Positions 16,976 through 28,309 are shown, counted from the first letter of the stretch. The stretch: 38,302 bases of DNA from Anaerolineales bacterium (GCA_014859065.1 JACUUU010000003.1:1-38302), one strand, 5' to 3'. Made by a program: numbers and translations. Notes: generated from the sequence alone by a model not told the origin.

Positions 16976-17924
16976 TATTTCACGACCTGCGGAAGCAAAA
17001 AACTTGCTGACACCTGATATTTTAGAAGCGCCTCCATTGAGCTTAAGCCAGATGGCCTGGCTACGTTTCCGCCGCCACCGCATGGCGATCTTTGGCTGTG
17101 TGGTGCTCTTACTAATCATCTTCTATTCACTCGGCGGTTCACTCATCTTCAGCGAAGGGGATGCTAACCGCACCGATACCACCAAGCGCCTGCAATCTCC
17201 TTCTGCCGCGCACCCCTTTGGTACCGATACTATTGGACGGGACATCCTGGCTCGTACCATATATGGTGGCCAGATCTCATTACTGATTGGTTTGACGGCT
17301 GTTATAGTCCAGGTTTTTATCGGGGTAATAATCGGAGCATTATCCGGTTACTTTGGTGGTTGGTTGGACAGTATCCTGATGCGTTTAACTGAGGCGGTCC
17401 TGGTTGTACCCCAAATTTTCCTTCTATTAGTTATGGCGAAATATTTTGGAGGTCAGCTTCCCAATATCAACCTCCTTGGTCGTACTCTTAGTGGCAGTGT
17501 GATAGTGATTATCCTGATTATCGGTGCGACCAGCTGGCCATATCTAGCCCGCATAGTGCGCGCGGAATTCCTATCATTGAAAGAAAACGAGTTCATACTG
17601 GCAGCCCGAGCGATCGGGACTCCCACCAGTCAGATCATATTTCGCCATCTCTTACCCAACAGCATTGCCCCTATTGTGGTGACAGCAACTTTAGGAGTTG
17701 CCAATGCCATCACCCTGGAAGCTTATATCAGCTTCTTAGGATTAGGAGTGCGGCCTCCTACCGCAACCTGGGGTAATATGCTGGAAGGTGCGTATAATTA
17801 CATCGAGACTGCTTATTGGTTGTGGTTGTTCCCCGGCTTGTTGATCGTTTTGATTGTATTGAGTATTAATTTTATCGGGGATGGTCTGCGGGATGCCCTT
17901 GATCCCCGTAGTAGAGCTGTTTAA
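16968..17924 (+). CDS. Opp/Dpp ABC permease (OppC/DppC-like)
   Basis: HPFGTDTIGRD, EFILAARAIG and GDGLRDALDPR. ATG overlaps the upstream gene end. Confidence 0.95.
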   Translation: MTDISRPAEAKNLLTPDILEAPPLSLSQMAWLRFRRHRMAIFGCVVLLLIIFYSLGGSLIFSEGDANRTDTTKRLQSPSAAHPFGTDTIGRDILARTIYGGQISLLIGLTAVIVQVFIGVIIGALSGYFGGWLDSILMRLTEAVLVVPQIFLLLVMAKYFGGQLPNINLLGRTLSGSVIVIILIIGATSWPYLARIVRAEFLSLKENEFILAARAIGTPTSQIIFRHLLPNSIAPIVVTATLGVANAITLEAYISFLGLGVRPPTATWGNMLEGAYNYIETAYWLWLFPGLLIVLIVLSINFIGDGLRDALDPRSRAV

Positions 17925-18001
17925 TGGTTGGAATGATTATATGATGTCCTTCTATGGTACAAGTGCCTCTACGTCATCACGAATTCATTGAACAAAATTT
18001 T

Positions 18002-18988
18002 ATGACCTACCTCCTCGAAGTTAACGATCTCAAGACTCGCTTTCGTACCCCCGAAGGGACAGTATTCGCCGTCAATGGGGTTTCCTTTCATCTCGAAGAT
18101 GGAGAGACCCTGGCTGTTGTTGGTGAGAGTGGTTGTGGCAAGTCTGTAACGATGCTTTCCTTGTTAGGCTTGATCCCTATACCTCCAGGTGAGATCGCCA
18201 GTGGCAGCGCATTTTACCGCGGGAAAGACCTCTTAAAGCTGACCGATATCCAATTGGAGGATATCCGTGGCAAGGAAATCGCCATGATCTTTCAAGACCC
18301 GATGACCTCCCTCAACCCGGTATTAACCATCGGCCGGCAGATTACCGAGACAATGTGCACCCACACCAACCTTTCCAAGAAACAAACCAGAGAGCGAGCT
18401 ATCGAGCTGCTCCAAGCTGTGGGTATCTCTGATCCTGGTCGCTGTCTCGATGAATTTCCACATCAATTCTCCGGCGGTATGCGGCAGCGTGTGATGATCG
18501 CCATGGCGCTCTCCTGCGAACCTGCCCTGCTAATTGCCGACGAGCCCACAACTGCTCTGGATGTAACAATTCAAGCCCAGATCGTCGAGCTGGTCATTCG
18601 TCTTAGGGAACAAATGGGTATGACAATCATCTGGATCACCCATGACCTGGGAGTAATCGCCAGTCTGGCAGACCGGGTGATCGTTATGTATGCTGGTTAT
18701 ATAGTCGAAGAAGCAAAAGTGGACGATATCTACGACGATCCCCGTCATCCCTATACTCTGGCTTTATTGGCTGCTTTGCCGCGCGTAGACTATCGTCGAA
18801 AGCAACGCCTGAAATCCATCCCTGGCGCTCCTCCCAACCTCCTGGTCGAGCCATCGGGATGCCCATTCGCGGTGCGTTGCGAATTTGCCTTCGATCGCTG
18901 TAGAGAAGAGAATCCACAACTGCTACCAATTTCTAACGATCATAAAATCTCTTGCTGGATTGATGTAAAGACTGGTAAACCCAGATGA
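18002..18988 (+). CDS. Opp/Dpp ABC ATPase (OppD/DppD-like)
   Basis: [24 protein letters not shown] and a Cys-rich C-terminal domain. Confidence 0.95.
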   Translation: MTYLLEVNDLKTRFRTPEGTVFAVNGVSFHLEDGETLAVVGESGCGKSVTMLSLLGLIPIPPGEIASGSAFYRGKDLLKLTDIQLEDIRGKEIAMIFQDPMTSLNPVLTIGRQITETMCTHTNLSKKQTRERAIELLQAVGISDPGRCLDEFPHQFSGGMRQRVMIAMALSCEPALLIADEPTTALDVTIQAQIVELVIRLREQMGMTIIWITHDLGVIASLADRVIVMYAGYIVEEAKVDDIYDDPRHPYTLALLAALPRVDYRRKQRLKSIPGAPPNLLVEPSGCPFAVRCEFAFDRCREENPQLLPISNDHKISCWIDVKTGKPR

Positions 18989-19971
18989 ACGATCCTTTGC
19001 ATCCATTAGTGCAGGTCCAAGGCCTCAAGAAGCATTTTCCTATCAAACGCGGCATCGTTATAGAGCGCCAGGTCGGAGCGGTACGCGCCGTTGACGGTCT
19101 TTGGTTTGATATTTATCGGGGTGAGACATTGGGTCTGGTTGGAGAGAGTGGCTGCGGAAAGACCACTGCTGGACGAACCATACTAGGGTTGTACCCACCG
19201 ACTGAAGGTGATGTAACCATCGACGATCACAATCTCAATTTAAAGAACAAACGCGAGATGCTTGCCATCCGCCGAAAAGCTCAAATGATCTTCCAGGACC
19301 CATTCGCATCATTAAACCCAAAGTGGACCGTCAGCGCTATTGTTGGGGAACCATTACGGGTACATAAGCTGGCAGGCAATCAAAAAGAAAGAACCGCGCG
19401 GGTCAAGGAACTACTGAACCTGGTTGGGCTAAGCAGCAGTCACGTAAATCGCTTCCCTCACGAATTCTCCGGCGGTCAACGCCAGAGGATTGGCATCGCC
19501 CGCGCTTTAGCTTCTGACCCACTTTTTATCGTCTGTGATGAGCCCATTTCCGCCTTGGATGTTTCCATCCAGGCTCAAGTCGTCAACCTGTTGGAAGATC
19601 TACAAGATCGGCTGCAGTTGACCTATTTATTCATCGCTCACGACTTGAGCATGGTGCGCCATATTTGTGACCGGGTGGCTGTGATGTACCTGGGGTTGAT
19701 CGTAGAATTAACTAGTCGGGACGAATTATACGAAAAACCATTACACCCTTACACCAAAGCATTGCTCTCCGCCGTCCCAATACCTGATCCCAAAAAAGAG
19801 CGCCTCCGCCAGAGGACTGTGTTGGAGGGCGATGTGCCCAGCCCTGTCAACCCTCCACCCGGATGCCGTTTTCACCCCCGCTGCCCAATAGCCGTTGAAC
19901 GTTGTTCCCAAGATGAACCAGAGTGGCGCGAGGTTACCCCAAATCATTGGGTAGCCTGTCATCTAGTCTAG
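18985..19971 (+). CDS. Opp/Dpp ABC ATPase (OppF/DppF-like)
   Basis: [24 protein letters not shown] and [12 protein letters not shown] overlap with the upstream gene. Confidence 0.95.
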   Translation: MNDPLHPLVQVQGLKKHFPIKRGIVIERQVGAVRAVDGLWFDIYRGETLGLVGESGCGKTTAGRTILGLYPPTEGDVTIDDHNLNLKNKREMLAIRRKAQMIFQDPFASLNPKWTVSAIVGEPLRVHKLAGNQKERTARVKELLNLVGLSSSHVNRFPHEFSGGQRQRIGIARALASDPLFIVCDEPISALDVSIQAQVVNLLEDLQDRLQLTYLFIAHDLSMVRHICDRVAVMYLGLIVELTSRDELYEKPLHPYTKALLSAVPIPDPKKERLRQRTVLEGDVPSPVNPPPGCRFHPRCPIAVERCSQDEPEWREVTPNHWVACHLV

Positions 19972-20004
19972 AACTTGTTGGTAAAATACATCCAAAGGTG
20001 AAAC

Positions 20005-21873
20005 ATGCTACATCCTGTTTTGGATTTAGAACAGCTTTTGCGCGTCCCTCATGTTGACCCAGATCTGGGGTACGATATTTCCCCGGATGGCAAAAGGATT
20101 GCCTTTGCCTGGAATCCAACCGGTCAATGGGAGATCTATGAGGTTAACTTATATCCCAATAGCAAAGACACAGATCCAGCAATCTCCAGCAAACCACAAC
20201 CGCAGATCAACATTTCGCCTCAACTCGTTTCTGAAGGTGATGGTGCTAAATTCGCTCCTCGTTATTCCCCAAATGGCAGGAAACTGGCTTATGCTGTGGA
20301 TCTGGAGGGGGGAGAGAACTTTGATATTTACGTTTTTGACCGGGATACTGGGGAACATGTCAACCTCACCCCAAACACACCTGACGCCATCCAGCCCAAC
20401 ACCTGCTGGTCTCCGGATGGTTCCCAAATAGCTTTCTTATGGGATCGTTCCGGATGTTTTCAAACATATGTCATGCCAGCAGAGGGGGGAGAAGCTCGCC
20501 TCATTCTAGACATACCTTTCCCTGGATGGGATGTCCGTTGGTCACCTGACGGAAGGCACATTGCTGTGGTTGTCGAAGGACGGGGGCAGGATTTCCACAC
20601 CTACATCGTCCCGGTGGATGGTGGTGAAGCATGGTCGCTAGCAATTGAAAACGAGGCGATTAACGCCTTTGCATCTCGATGGTCTCTAGATGGAATGTCC
20701 TTAGCATTTAGCTCTGACTATCATGGCTATTACAATCTAGGCATTTATGAACTGGAAACCCGCAAGATAACCTGGGTGACAGATGGCGAGGGAGACAAAG
20801 GATCACCGAGCTGGTCGCCAGATGGTGAAAAATTGGCATTTGTGCTTTCCAAAGGAGCTCAGGCCTGGCTGGGCATCTTACAGCTTGGTGACAAATCCAT
20901 ACGCTTCTACCAAATTGAACCAGGGGTAATTTATGAGCCGCGTTTTACCTCAGATGGTGAGGGTTTTGTTTTCATCTTTGAGAACTACCGTCATCCAGAC
21001 GATTTCTGGCAGTTCTCCCTGGCAGATGAAAAAATGCACCAACTCACACAATCATTGCCGCCTGAGGTGCAAAATACGCACTTCATCATCCCCAGGGAGA
21101 TCAATTACCCTGCTATGGATGGCGCCAGTGTACCTGCCATACTATTTAAACCACAACAATCAGAACCTCTTCCTCCAGCTGTGGTAATCATCCATGGTGG
21201 CCCTACCTGGTTATTCCAATTCTTTTGGTATCCGATTATGCAGCATATGGCCAGTCGCGGCTGGGTAGTTCTGGCACCAAATTATCGGGGTTCCAGCGGA
21301 TATGGGCGTGAATGGCAGCTGGCTAACCGTTTCGACCTGGGAGGTGTAGACACGCGCGATGTCGTGGCTGGCGCCGATTACCTTGTAAAAGAAGGTCTTG
21401 CAGATCCTGCCCGAATCGCGGTCACAGGCACCTCGCACGGTGGTTACTTGACCATGACCTGCCTGACACAATATCCTGACCGTTGGGCAGCCGGTTCAGC
21501 AGTGGTTCCTTTCTTGAATTGGTTTACCTCCCACAAGAATTCTCGCGAAGACTTGCAGCATTGGGACAGAGAGAATTTTGGGGATCCACAGGAGAACTAT
21601 AACCTGTGGTATGAACGGTCGCCTTTCTTCTTCCTGGATCGTATTCAAGCTCCAGTACAACTAATCTGCGGTGCGCACGACCCACGCTGTCCCGCCAGTG
21701 AGTCCATTGCTGCTCGAGATGCGCTGGTAACCTTGAAAAAACCAGTTGATTTTGTTCTCTATCCGGACGAGGGTCACGGCTTTCTAAAGATTGAAAACGT
21801 CGTTGATGCTGCTTTGAAGCGAGCTGCTTTCTTGGCAAAGGCATTGGAGGCAGAAGGTCACGATGGGAAATAA
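20005..21873 (+). CDS. S9 family peptidase (acylaminoacyl/dipeptidyl peptidase) with a PD40 beta-propeller
   Basis: Repeated WSPDG motifs, HGGP, nucleophile GTSHGG, HDPR and EGHG. Confidence 0.93.
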   Translation: MLHPVLDLEQLLRVPHVDPDLGYDISPDGKRIAFAWNPTGQWEIYEVNLYPNSKDTDPAISSKPQPQINISPQLVSEGDGAKFAPRYSPNGRKLAYAVDLEGGENFDIYVFDRDTGEHVNLTPNTPDAIQPNTCWSPDGSQIAFLWDRSGCFQTYVMPAEGGEARLILDIPFPGWDVRWSPDGRHIAVVVEGRGQDFHTYIVPVDGGEAWSLAIENEAINAFASRWSLDGMSLAFSSDYHGYYNLGIYELETRKITWVTDGEGDKGSPSWSPDGEKLAFVLSKGAQAWLGILQLGDKSIRFYQIEPGVIYEPRFTSDGEGFVFIFENYRHPDDFWQFSLADEKMHQLTQSLPPEVQNTHFIIPREINYPAMDGASVPAILFKPQQSEPLPPAVVIIHGGPTWLFQFFWYPIMQHMASRGWVVLAPNYRGSSGYGREWQLANRFDLGGVDTRDVVAGADYLVKEGLADPARIAVTGTSHGGYLTMTCLTQYPDRWAAGSAVVPFLNWFTSHKNSREDLQHWDRENFGDPQENYNLWYERSPFFFLDRIQAPVQLICGAHDPRCPASESIAARDALVTLKKPVDFVLYPDEGHGFLKIENVVDAALKRAAFLAKALEAEGHDGK

Positions 21874-23023
21874 GCAAAAAGTCGATCTCTTGGTCATCGG
21901 TAGTGGCCCAGCAGGGCTTTCCACTGCCCTCCACCTGGTGAAGCATGATAAATCTTGGGCAGACCGCATCGTGATCGTTGAAAGGGATTCCCATCCCCGA
22001 CCGAAACTATGTGGTGGAGGCATAACTCGTCTAGGTTTAGATCTGTTGAAAGATTTAGGTATTGCCTATCCTCTACCCATCCCTATGGTGGAGGTGGATG
22101 ATGTCCGCCTGGTTTACAGCGAGCGCACAATCCATGTACGTGGGAAACCACAATTTGTGGTCGTCTATCGGTCAGATTTTGATGATTATTTAGCGAAGTT
22201 GGTGCAACAATCTGGTATTGTCATCCATGAAAACGAAGAAGGCAAATCTCTGCAGAGCAATGAGAAATACGTAACCGTAGAAACCAATAAATGCACCTAC
22301 CATGCGCGCGCAGTTGTGGGTGCAGACGGCTCCAATGGGATCACTCGAAGATTCGTCAATGGTCCTGGTCAGCCAAATCGGGTTGCACGCCTGTTGGAAG
22401 TGATCACATCCGCACCTGAGAACGCCGCTCACTTCATCGACCGCTTTGCCCATTTTGATTTCACACCTGTGGATGAACAACTGCAAGGGTATGCATGGGT
22501 TTTCCCAGCAAATATAAACCAGCAGCCAAGCTTTAATCGTGGAGTATACGATGCCCGATTAGCTCGCCAGCGCCCGCGCGCCAGTCTGCCCAATATCCTC
22601 GCAGACTCAATGCAGACCCATTTCAACGAGCCTTACACAACCCAATTAGCCGGGCATCCTATTCATTTGTTCACTCCCAGGAACCGTCTCTCAGTTCCAA
22701 GACTTTTACTCGCCGGAGATTCTGCAGGAGTCGACCCCCTCTTTGGCGAGGGTATCTCCCCAGCCTTAGCGTATGGCAAGCTCGCGGCGATTACCCTCAA
22801 GCGAGCTTTTCAGACCGGCGATTTTTCTTTTCGGGATTACCGGCGACGAGTCCTTGTATCAAAGCTGGGTTGGTACCTGACACTACGCTGGATCATTGCC
22901 TGGACATGCTATCACCTCAGCGGCAAACGCCGGTTCATGCATACTCTGTGGACCGTTGGTGGTCTCTTAGCCCGGGTTTGGCCAGAACCAGAAACTCTGC
23001 ATTCTTCGAAATTCCACGAATGA
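21863..23023 (+). CDS. Geranylgeranyl reductase family FAD-dependent oxidoreductase
   Basis: GSGPAG, PRPKLCGGG, GADG and GDSAGVDPLFGEGI. Confidence 0.85.
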   Translation: MGNKQKVDLLVIGSGPAGLSTALHLVKHDKSWADRIVIVERDSHPRPKLCGGGITRLGLDLLKDLGIAYPLPIPMVEVDDVRLVYSERTIHVRGKPQFVVVYRSDFDDYLAKLVQQSGIVIHENEEGKSLQSNEKYVTVETNKCTYHARAVVGADGSNGITRRFVNGPGQPNRVARLLEVITSAPENAAHFIDRFAHFDFTPVDEQLQGYAWVFPANINQQPSFNRGVYDARLARQRPRASLPNILADSMQTHFNEPYTTQLAGHPIHLFTPRNRLSVPRLLLAGDSAGVDPLFGEGISPALAYGKLAAITLKRAFQTGDFSFRDYRRRVLVSKLGWYLTLRWIIAWTCYHLSGKRRFMHTLWTVGGLLARVWPEPETLHSSKFHE

Positions 23024-23099
23024 GGAACCTCTGTGTGTTCAGCTAAAATATTAATCAGGACTGAATGATCAAAGCAATCCTACGAGACTATAAAATTAC

Positions 23100-23921
23100 A
23101 TGAAGCGACCTCAAATCCTATTAACTAACGACGATGGTATCGATTCCCCCGGTTTGTGGACAGCTGCGGAAGCTCTCTCAAAGCTGGGTTTTGTGAATGT
23201 GGTTGCACCACGGGAGCAGTGTTCTGGATCTGGCCGAAGTATGCCGATGACTTCTGATGGAATCATCCACTCACAAGAATTAAGGGTAGGCGAAAAAGAT
23301 TGGACCGTGTTTGCTGTTGGTGGTTCACCTGCTCAGGCAGTCCTCCACGGTGTCTTAGAGGTGCTGGCGGAACCACCTGACCTGGTTGTTTCTGGAATTA
23401 ACTACGGTGAAAACTTAGGGACAGGCATCACCATCTCCGGCACTGTTGGCGCTGCCCTGGAAGCTGCCTCTCTGGGCTTTCCAGCTTTAGCGATCTCTCT
23501 CGAGACAGAGCGCGACTTCCATCTTTCTTATTCAACAGAGATAAATTTCTCTGCTGCAGGATATTTTGCGGCATATTTCGGGAAAATTCTGCTCGATAAG
23601 CAAATGCCAGCGGACGTGCACATCTTAAAGGTGGATGTACCCTCAGATGCGACAGAAAAAACCCCCTGGCAGATCACCCGCCTGTCAAGGGTTCGCTATT
23701 ACGAACCTACCCCTCCTGAGAGAGATTCCTTGGATTTGCCTGGTCGGGTGGGCTACCGCGTGTCAGGCAACCTTCCCCAAGAAGATATCGAGTCCGATGT
23801 TTATGCTATCAGGGTAAATAGGGTGGTCTCAGTGACACCCTTGAGCCTGGATATGACCTCCAGAGTTCACCCACATGAATTGGGCAAGGTTATGTGCCAG
23901 GAAGGTAATATTCCAAGATAG
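23100..23921 (+). CDS. surE: 5'/3'-nucleotidase SurE
   Basis: ILLTNDDGI, VVSGINYGENLG and SGTVGAA. Confidence 0.93.
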   Translation: MKRPQILLTNDDGIDSPGLWTAAEALSKLGFVNVVAPREQCSGSGRSMPMTSDGIIHSQELRVGEKDWTVFAVGGSPAQAVLHGVLEVLAEPPDLVVSGINYGENLGTGITISGTVGAALEAASLGFPALAISLETERDFHLSYSTEINFSAAGYFAAYFGKILLDKQMPADVHILKVDVPSDATEKTPWQITRLSRVRYYEPTPPERDSLDLPGRVGYRVSGNLPQEDIESDVYAIRVNRVVSVTPLSLDMTSRVHPHELGKVMCQEGNIPR

Positions 23922-23927
23922 GCAGGG

Positions 23928-24737
23928 TTATTCTTTGATTTCCGAAAATTTGTGAAAAACTTGCAGCATCAGCGGGTGGATAGTGGAATTGGCAGCCAAT
24001 ATAGATTGTGGAGGTGACATGAAATCTGCCCCGCCCTGCATGTTGGTCACCACTGCCCCGGCTTCCCTGGCAATCAATCCACCAGCTGCAACATCCCAGG
24101 AGTTGAGGCGCATCTCCCAAAAACCATCAAAACGACCGTTAGCCACGTAACACAGGTCCATGGCAGCAGACCCCAATCGACGAACACCCTGGCTGTTTTT
24201 TGAAAAATAAGCAAAATAATCCAGGTTGTTTTGGGGGTTGGAGCGAATATCATATGGGAAACCGGTCACCAACAGGCTGTTGTCCAATACCTGGGTAGTT
24301 GAAACCTTGATCGTTTCTCCATTCAACCAGGCTCCCTTGCCAGATTGAGCAGAGAAACACTCATCTCGGTTTGGATCGTAAACCACACCCAGAAGGATTT
24401 CCCCACTGTTTGCATATGCTATGGATACGGAAAATATGGGTACCCCGTGGGTAAAGTTGACTGTTCCATCCAGGGGATCGATAAACCATTCATGTTCTTT
24501 TGATCCCTTCAACCCGCCGCTTTCTTCGGCAACAATGCTGTGGGATGGAAAGCGTTGGTGGATTTCATGCACCAAATACGATTCGGATTGACGATCGATT
24601 TCTGTCACTGGATTGATCACCCCCTTATAATCAACAGTATGAGTATGGTTGAAACCTGGTCGCGTTCCAAAACCTGCACGTAGTATTTCACCTGCCTGTC
24701 TGGCAAGGCCTTCCAGATCTGAAATGGTTGGGGTCAT
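23928..24737 (-). CDS. suhB: Inositol monophosphatase family protein
   Basis: AEE, WFIDPLDGTVNF, RRLGSAA and WDVAAG. Confidence 0.9.
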   Translation of the reverse strand: MTPTISDLEGLARQAGEILRAGFGTRPGFNHTHTVDYKGVINPVTEIDRQSESYLVHEIHQRFPSHSIVAEESGGLKGSKEHEWFIDPLDGTVNFTHGVPIFSVSIAYANSGEILLGVVYDPNRDECFSAQSGKGAWLNGETIKVSTTQVLDNSLLVTGFPYDIRSNPQNNLDYFAYFSKNSQGVRRLGSAAMDLCYVANGRFDGFWEMRLNSWDVAAGGLIAREAGAVVTNMQGGADFMSPPQSILAANSTIHPLMLQVFHKFSEIKE

Positions 24738-24788
24738 AAAGTCTCTTCTTTTTGGGGACAACTCTTCTCTGCGCCCCCGCTATGAAAT

Positions 24789-25430
24789 TTATTGCTCACC
24801 TCGTTCCTCAGCCGCCAGCCGGTTGAAAAAATTCACCATGAATTGGTGGCGGTCTTCGGCAATCTCTCGTGCTGATTGGGTGTGAAGCAAGTCTTTTATC
24901 TTGATTAACTTGAACAAGAATTCATGATACGAACTGTGTGGTTCATTGGGTTGCTTGACCCCGGTCTCCAGGAACTGCTCTGATGGTTCGGAAAACATCG
25001 GCTGACCAACAACAACATCGAAGGCAATCGTGCGTACAACACCAATCGCACCGATAACATCCAGTTTGTCTGCATCAAATAAAACTTTGGCTTCCAAGGT
25101 TTTTGGTGGATCCGAGTTGTGGCGGAAACGATGTGCGCGGATGCAGTGTTGAACTGCTGCGATGCGTTCTTGCGACCAACCTTCAGCCAACAAAACCTCC
25201 TGGGCAAATTTTGCCGAAGATTGATGATGGTCCTGGCGCCCTTGTTCCCCTCCTTCTGTCTGGCTACCTTCTGCATCATGCAGAAGCGCGGCCGCCCGAA
25301 CGATCTCGACATCTGCTCCTTCAACCAATGCCAGGCGCTCAGCCATATGATAGACACGGCGGATATGGTCGAAACCATGGACTGGATCGGTTGGCGAATA
25401 CCATGAACGAGCTTCTTCTAAAGTCAGCAT
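24789..25430 (-). CDS. HD-domain phosphohydrolase (YedJ-like)
   Basis: HGFDHIRRV, LLHD, HRF and DADKLD. Confidence 0.9.
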   Translation of the reverse strand: MLTLEEARSWYSPTDPVHGFDHIRRVYHMAERLALVEGADVEIVRAAALLHDAEGSQTEGGEQGRQDHHQSSAKFAQEVLLAEGWSQERIAAVQHCIRAHRFRHNSDPPKTLEAKVLFDADKLDVIGAIGVVRTIAFDVVVGQPMFSEPSEQFLETGVKQPNEPHSSYHEFLFKLIKIKDLLHTQSAREIAEDRHQFMVNFFNRLAAEERGEQ

Positions 25431-25440
25431 GGTGAGGCGA

Positions 25441-26700
25441 TTATACCTGGTAAACCACGCCCTTCTTGATCACCCTCTCAACCAGATTGCTGCCAAATCG
25501 ATAACCGAGATGGCGATAATCATCCACCTTAAGGATAATCATATCCGCCTGTTTACCCACCTCTAGGGAACCAACCAAATGGGCACGGGAGATCGCAGCC
25601 GCAGAATTGATCGTGGCAGCTGCGATTGCCTCAGCTGGAGTCAGGCGCATATAGCGGCACGCCAGGGCGATCGCAAACTGCATACTTTCACACCAGGCAG
25701 TTCCGGGGTTGAGATCGGTGGCGATTGCAAGCAAACCTCCAGCCTCTAAGATATCGCGTGCTGGAGTGTACTCTTTTTCTGCCAAGCCGAAGGGTGTACA
25801 TGGTAAAGCGACAGCTACAGTAGGGCTTTTACCCAGGATGGCAATATCACCTGCAGACGTAGCAACCAGATGGTCGACTGAAACAGCTCCCAACTCAGCT
25901 GCCAGAACTGCCCCACCCAGATTGTCGAATTCGTCCGCATGAATTTTGAGGGGGAAACCCAAACTCGCGGCAGTTTCAAGGATTCGTCGAGATTGCGCCA
26001 GGTCGAACGCACCAGTCTCGCAGAATACATCCACGAAAGGCAATCCCACATCGCCCCTCTCGGATGTTTGCTTTTGCCACCACTCTTTTACTGCCGGCAG
26101 CATTTCAGCGCAAACCTTGCTGGTGTAGCTATCTGAGTTATCACTGTATTCTGGAGGAATTGCGTGCGCACCCATGAAGGTCAGCACCAGGTCCATAATG
26201 TGCTCAGCATCTAAGGTTATCAATGCCTGCAGCATACGCAGCTCGGTTTCGGTTTCCAATCCATAACCTGTTTTAGCTTCAGCGGTCGTGGTGCCGTGCT
26301 CAAACATCGTCTGCAGCCGGGGACGTGTTTCATCCATCAGGGTATTCAATGGAGCAGCCCGGGTAGCGAGAACCGTCGATAAGATTCCCCCGCCAGCTGC
26401 CAGGATCTCAAGGTATGATTTTCCCTGCAGTCGCATCTCAAACTCAGCTGCGCGATCACCCGCCCAAAGTAGATGGGTGTGTGGGTCCACAAAACCAGGC
26501 AAAACCACCCGTCCCGCAGCATCCAAAGTCTCTTCATCTGGGTAGCGGGCTTTAAAATCACTGCTTTCCCCTACGGCCACAATCTTGCCATCTTGAATTA
26601 AGACAGCTCCATTTTCTATCAGCCCCAACCGACCGAGTTCACTTCCTCGTTGAGGGCCTCCAGCCAGGGTAAGTAATTGAGAGGCAGAATGTATTAACAT
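25441..26700 (-). CDS. hutI: Imidazolonepropionase
   Basis: DPHTH, RAAEFEMRLQG.SY.EI..GGGI, KTGYG, DVFCE, HADE and TDLNPG. Confidence 0.92.
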   Translation of the reverse strand: MLIHSASQLLTLAGGPQRGSELGRLGLIENGAVLIQDGKIVAVGESSDFKARYPDEETLDAAGRVVLPGFVDPHTHLLWAGDRAAEFEMRLQGKSYLEILAAGGGILSTVLATRAAPLNTLMDETRPRLQTMFEHGTTTAEAKTGYGLETETELRMLQALITLDAEHIMDLVLTFMGAHAIPPEYSDNSDSYTSKVCAEMLPAVKEWWQKQTSERGDVGLPFVDVFCETGAFDLAQSRRILETAASLGFPLKIHADEFDNLGGAVLAAELGAVSVDHLVATSAGDIAILGKSPTVAVALPCTPFGLAEKEYTPARDILEAGGLLAIATDLNPGTAWCESMQFAIALACRYMRLTPAEAIAAATINSAAAISRAHLVGSLEVGKQADMIILKVDDYRHLGYRFGSNLVERVIKKGVVYQV

Positions 26701-26841
26701 AGGTGGAATTTTACTATAGGTGATGTACAATAGATGGCTAATATAATCAAATCAAAACCCAGATAGGTATCTCGGATTTAGTGACAAAGAATTTTGTGGT
26801 AGATAATTTATCCAGACTTATTGTTAGAGGAGGAAAAGACC

Positions 26842-28281
26842 ATGAATAGCGATTTCCGAGTTGAACGCGACTCTCTAGGCGAGGTGAGAGTTCCAATTGG
26901 AGCTCTATACGGCGCGCAAACTCAACGAGCGGTCGAAAATTTTCCTATCTCAGGGTTAAAACCCTGGCGCGCTTTCATCTGGTCTATGGCGCAGATCAAA
27001 CGGGCAGCAGCAGAGGTTAACAGTGACCTGGGATTGCTGGACGCAAGAATTGCAACAGCAATCGCAAATGCTGCCCAAGAAGTTATCGAAGGCAAATGGG
27101 ATGACCAATTCGTAGTAGACCCCTTCCAGGCAGGCGCTGGCACGTCTCACAATATGAACGTAAACGAGGTCATTGCTAACCGAGCCACTCAATTGCTGGG
27201 TGGGACTTTGGGTGAGTATCTTGTCCACCCCAACGATCACGTTAACATGGCGCAGTCGACCAACGATACCATCCCCACTGCTATCCGGCTGGGTGTCCTC
27301 TGGCGATTGGACGAACTGCTCCAAACAGTCGAACAGCTGGCAGAAGGGTTGGAACGCAAAGCGTTGGAGTTCGATGATATCGTCAAATCAGGACGGACTC
27401 ATTTGCAGGATGCTGTACCCGTGCGCTTAGGCCAGGAATTTGGCGCATATGCCGTTGCAGTCAGGCGTGACGCCGAACGCATTCTCAGATCGGCTGCAGG
27501 TTTACGCCGTCTGGGAATTGGAGGCACCGCCACCGGCAGCGGTTTGAACGCTCATATAGAGTACCATCCACGCATGGTTCAACAGCTGTCCAAGCGAACA
27601 GGTCTGGAACTGTATGTGTCAGACAACCTGTTTGAAGCGATGCAGTCCATGGCCGACCCAGCAGATTTTTCAGCCGCGCTGCGCACATTATCGATCACTC
27701 TGACTCGCACTGCGAATGACTTTCGCCTGCTTTCATCCGGCCCGGCTACTGGTTTAGATGAGCTTCGCCTGCCGGCTGTTCAACCGGGTTCCAGCATCAT
27801 GCCAGGTAAGGTCAATCCGGTCATGGCGGAGATGCTGAATCAGGCGATGTATCACTTGCAGGGATGTGATTACACAATTTCCCTGGCTTCACAGGCAGGA
27901 CAGCTGGAATTGAACGTGATGATGCCCATAATTGCCCACAATCTGTTCGAGATGATGCAGGTAACAATCGGGGCGGTGCGCGCTTTCACCCTGAAAGCGG
28001 TTTATGGGCTGCAACCAAACCGGCAGAAAGCAGAAGGTTGGCTGGCGAAGAACGCCATTGTAGTTACCGCCTTGAACCCCATCATCGGCTACTCAGCAGG
28101 AGCAGCTTTAGTCAAAGAAGCCATCGCTCGTGACACCTCCATCGTTGAGATTGCCCTGGAAAAAGTGCTCTCTGGAGAGCTAAAACATCACGAAGAAGGC
28201 CGCCCTATTACCAGAGAGGAGGTCGAAGCTGCTCTTAAGGACTTGAGGAGATTGACCGAAGGAGGTCTGATCGGCAAGTGA
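26842..28281 (+). CDS. aspA: Aspartate ammonia-lyase / class II fumarase superfamily enzyme, aspartase-like motifs
   Basis: GSSIMPGKVNP signature and GRTHLQDA. GAGTS and QSTND favour AspA over FumC (GSGTQ/QSSND). SD GAGGAGG. Confidence 0.7.
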   Translation: MNSDFRVERDSLGEVRVPIGALYGAQTQRAVENFPISGLKPWRAFIWSMAQIKRAAAEVNSDLGLLDARIATAIANAAQEVIEGKWDDQFVVDPFQAGAGTSHNMNVNEVIANRATQLLGGTLGEYLVHPNDHVNMAQSTNDTIPTAIRLGVLWRLDELLQTVEQLAEGLERKALEFDDIVKSGRTHLQDAVPVRLGQEFGAYAVAVRRDAERILRSAAGLRRLGIGGTATGSGLNAHIEYHPRMVQQLSKRTGLELYVSDNLFEAMQSMADPADFSAALRTLSITLTRTANDFRLLSSGPATGLDELRLPAVQPGSSIMPGKVNPVMAEMLNQAMYHLQGCDYTISLASQAGQLELNVMMPIIAHNLFEMMQVTIGAVRAFTLKAVYGLQPNRQKAEGWLAKNAIVVTALNPIIGYSAGAALVKEAIARDTSIVEIALEKVLSGELKHHEEGRPITREEVEAALKDLRRLTEGGLIGK

Positions 28282-28309
28282 GCCAGAGAATAATTGCCAC
28301 ATTCCAAAC

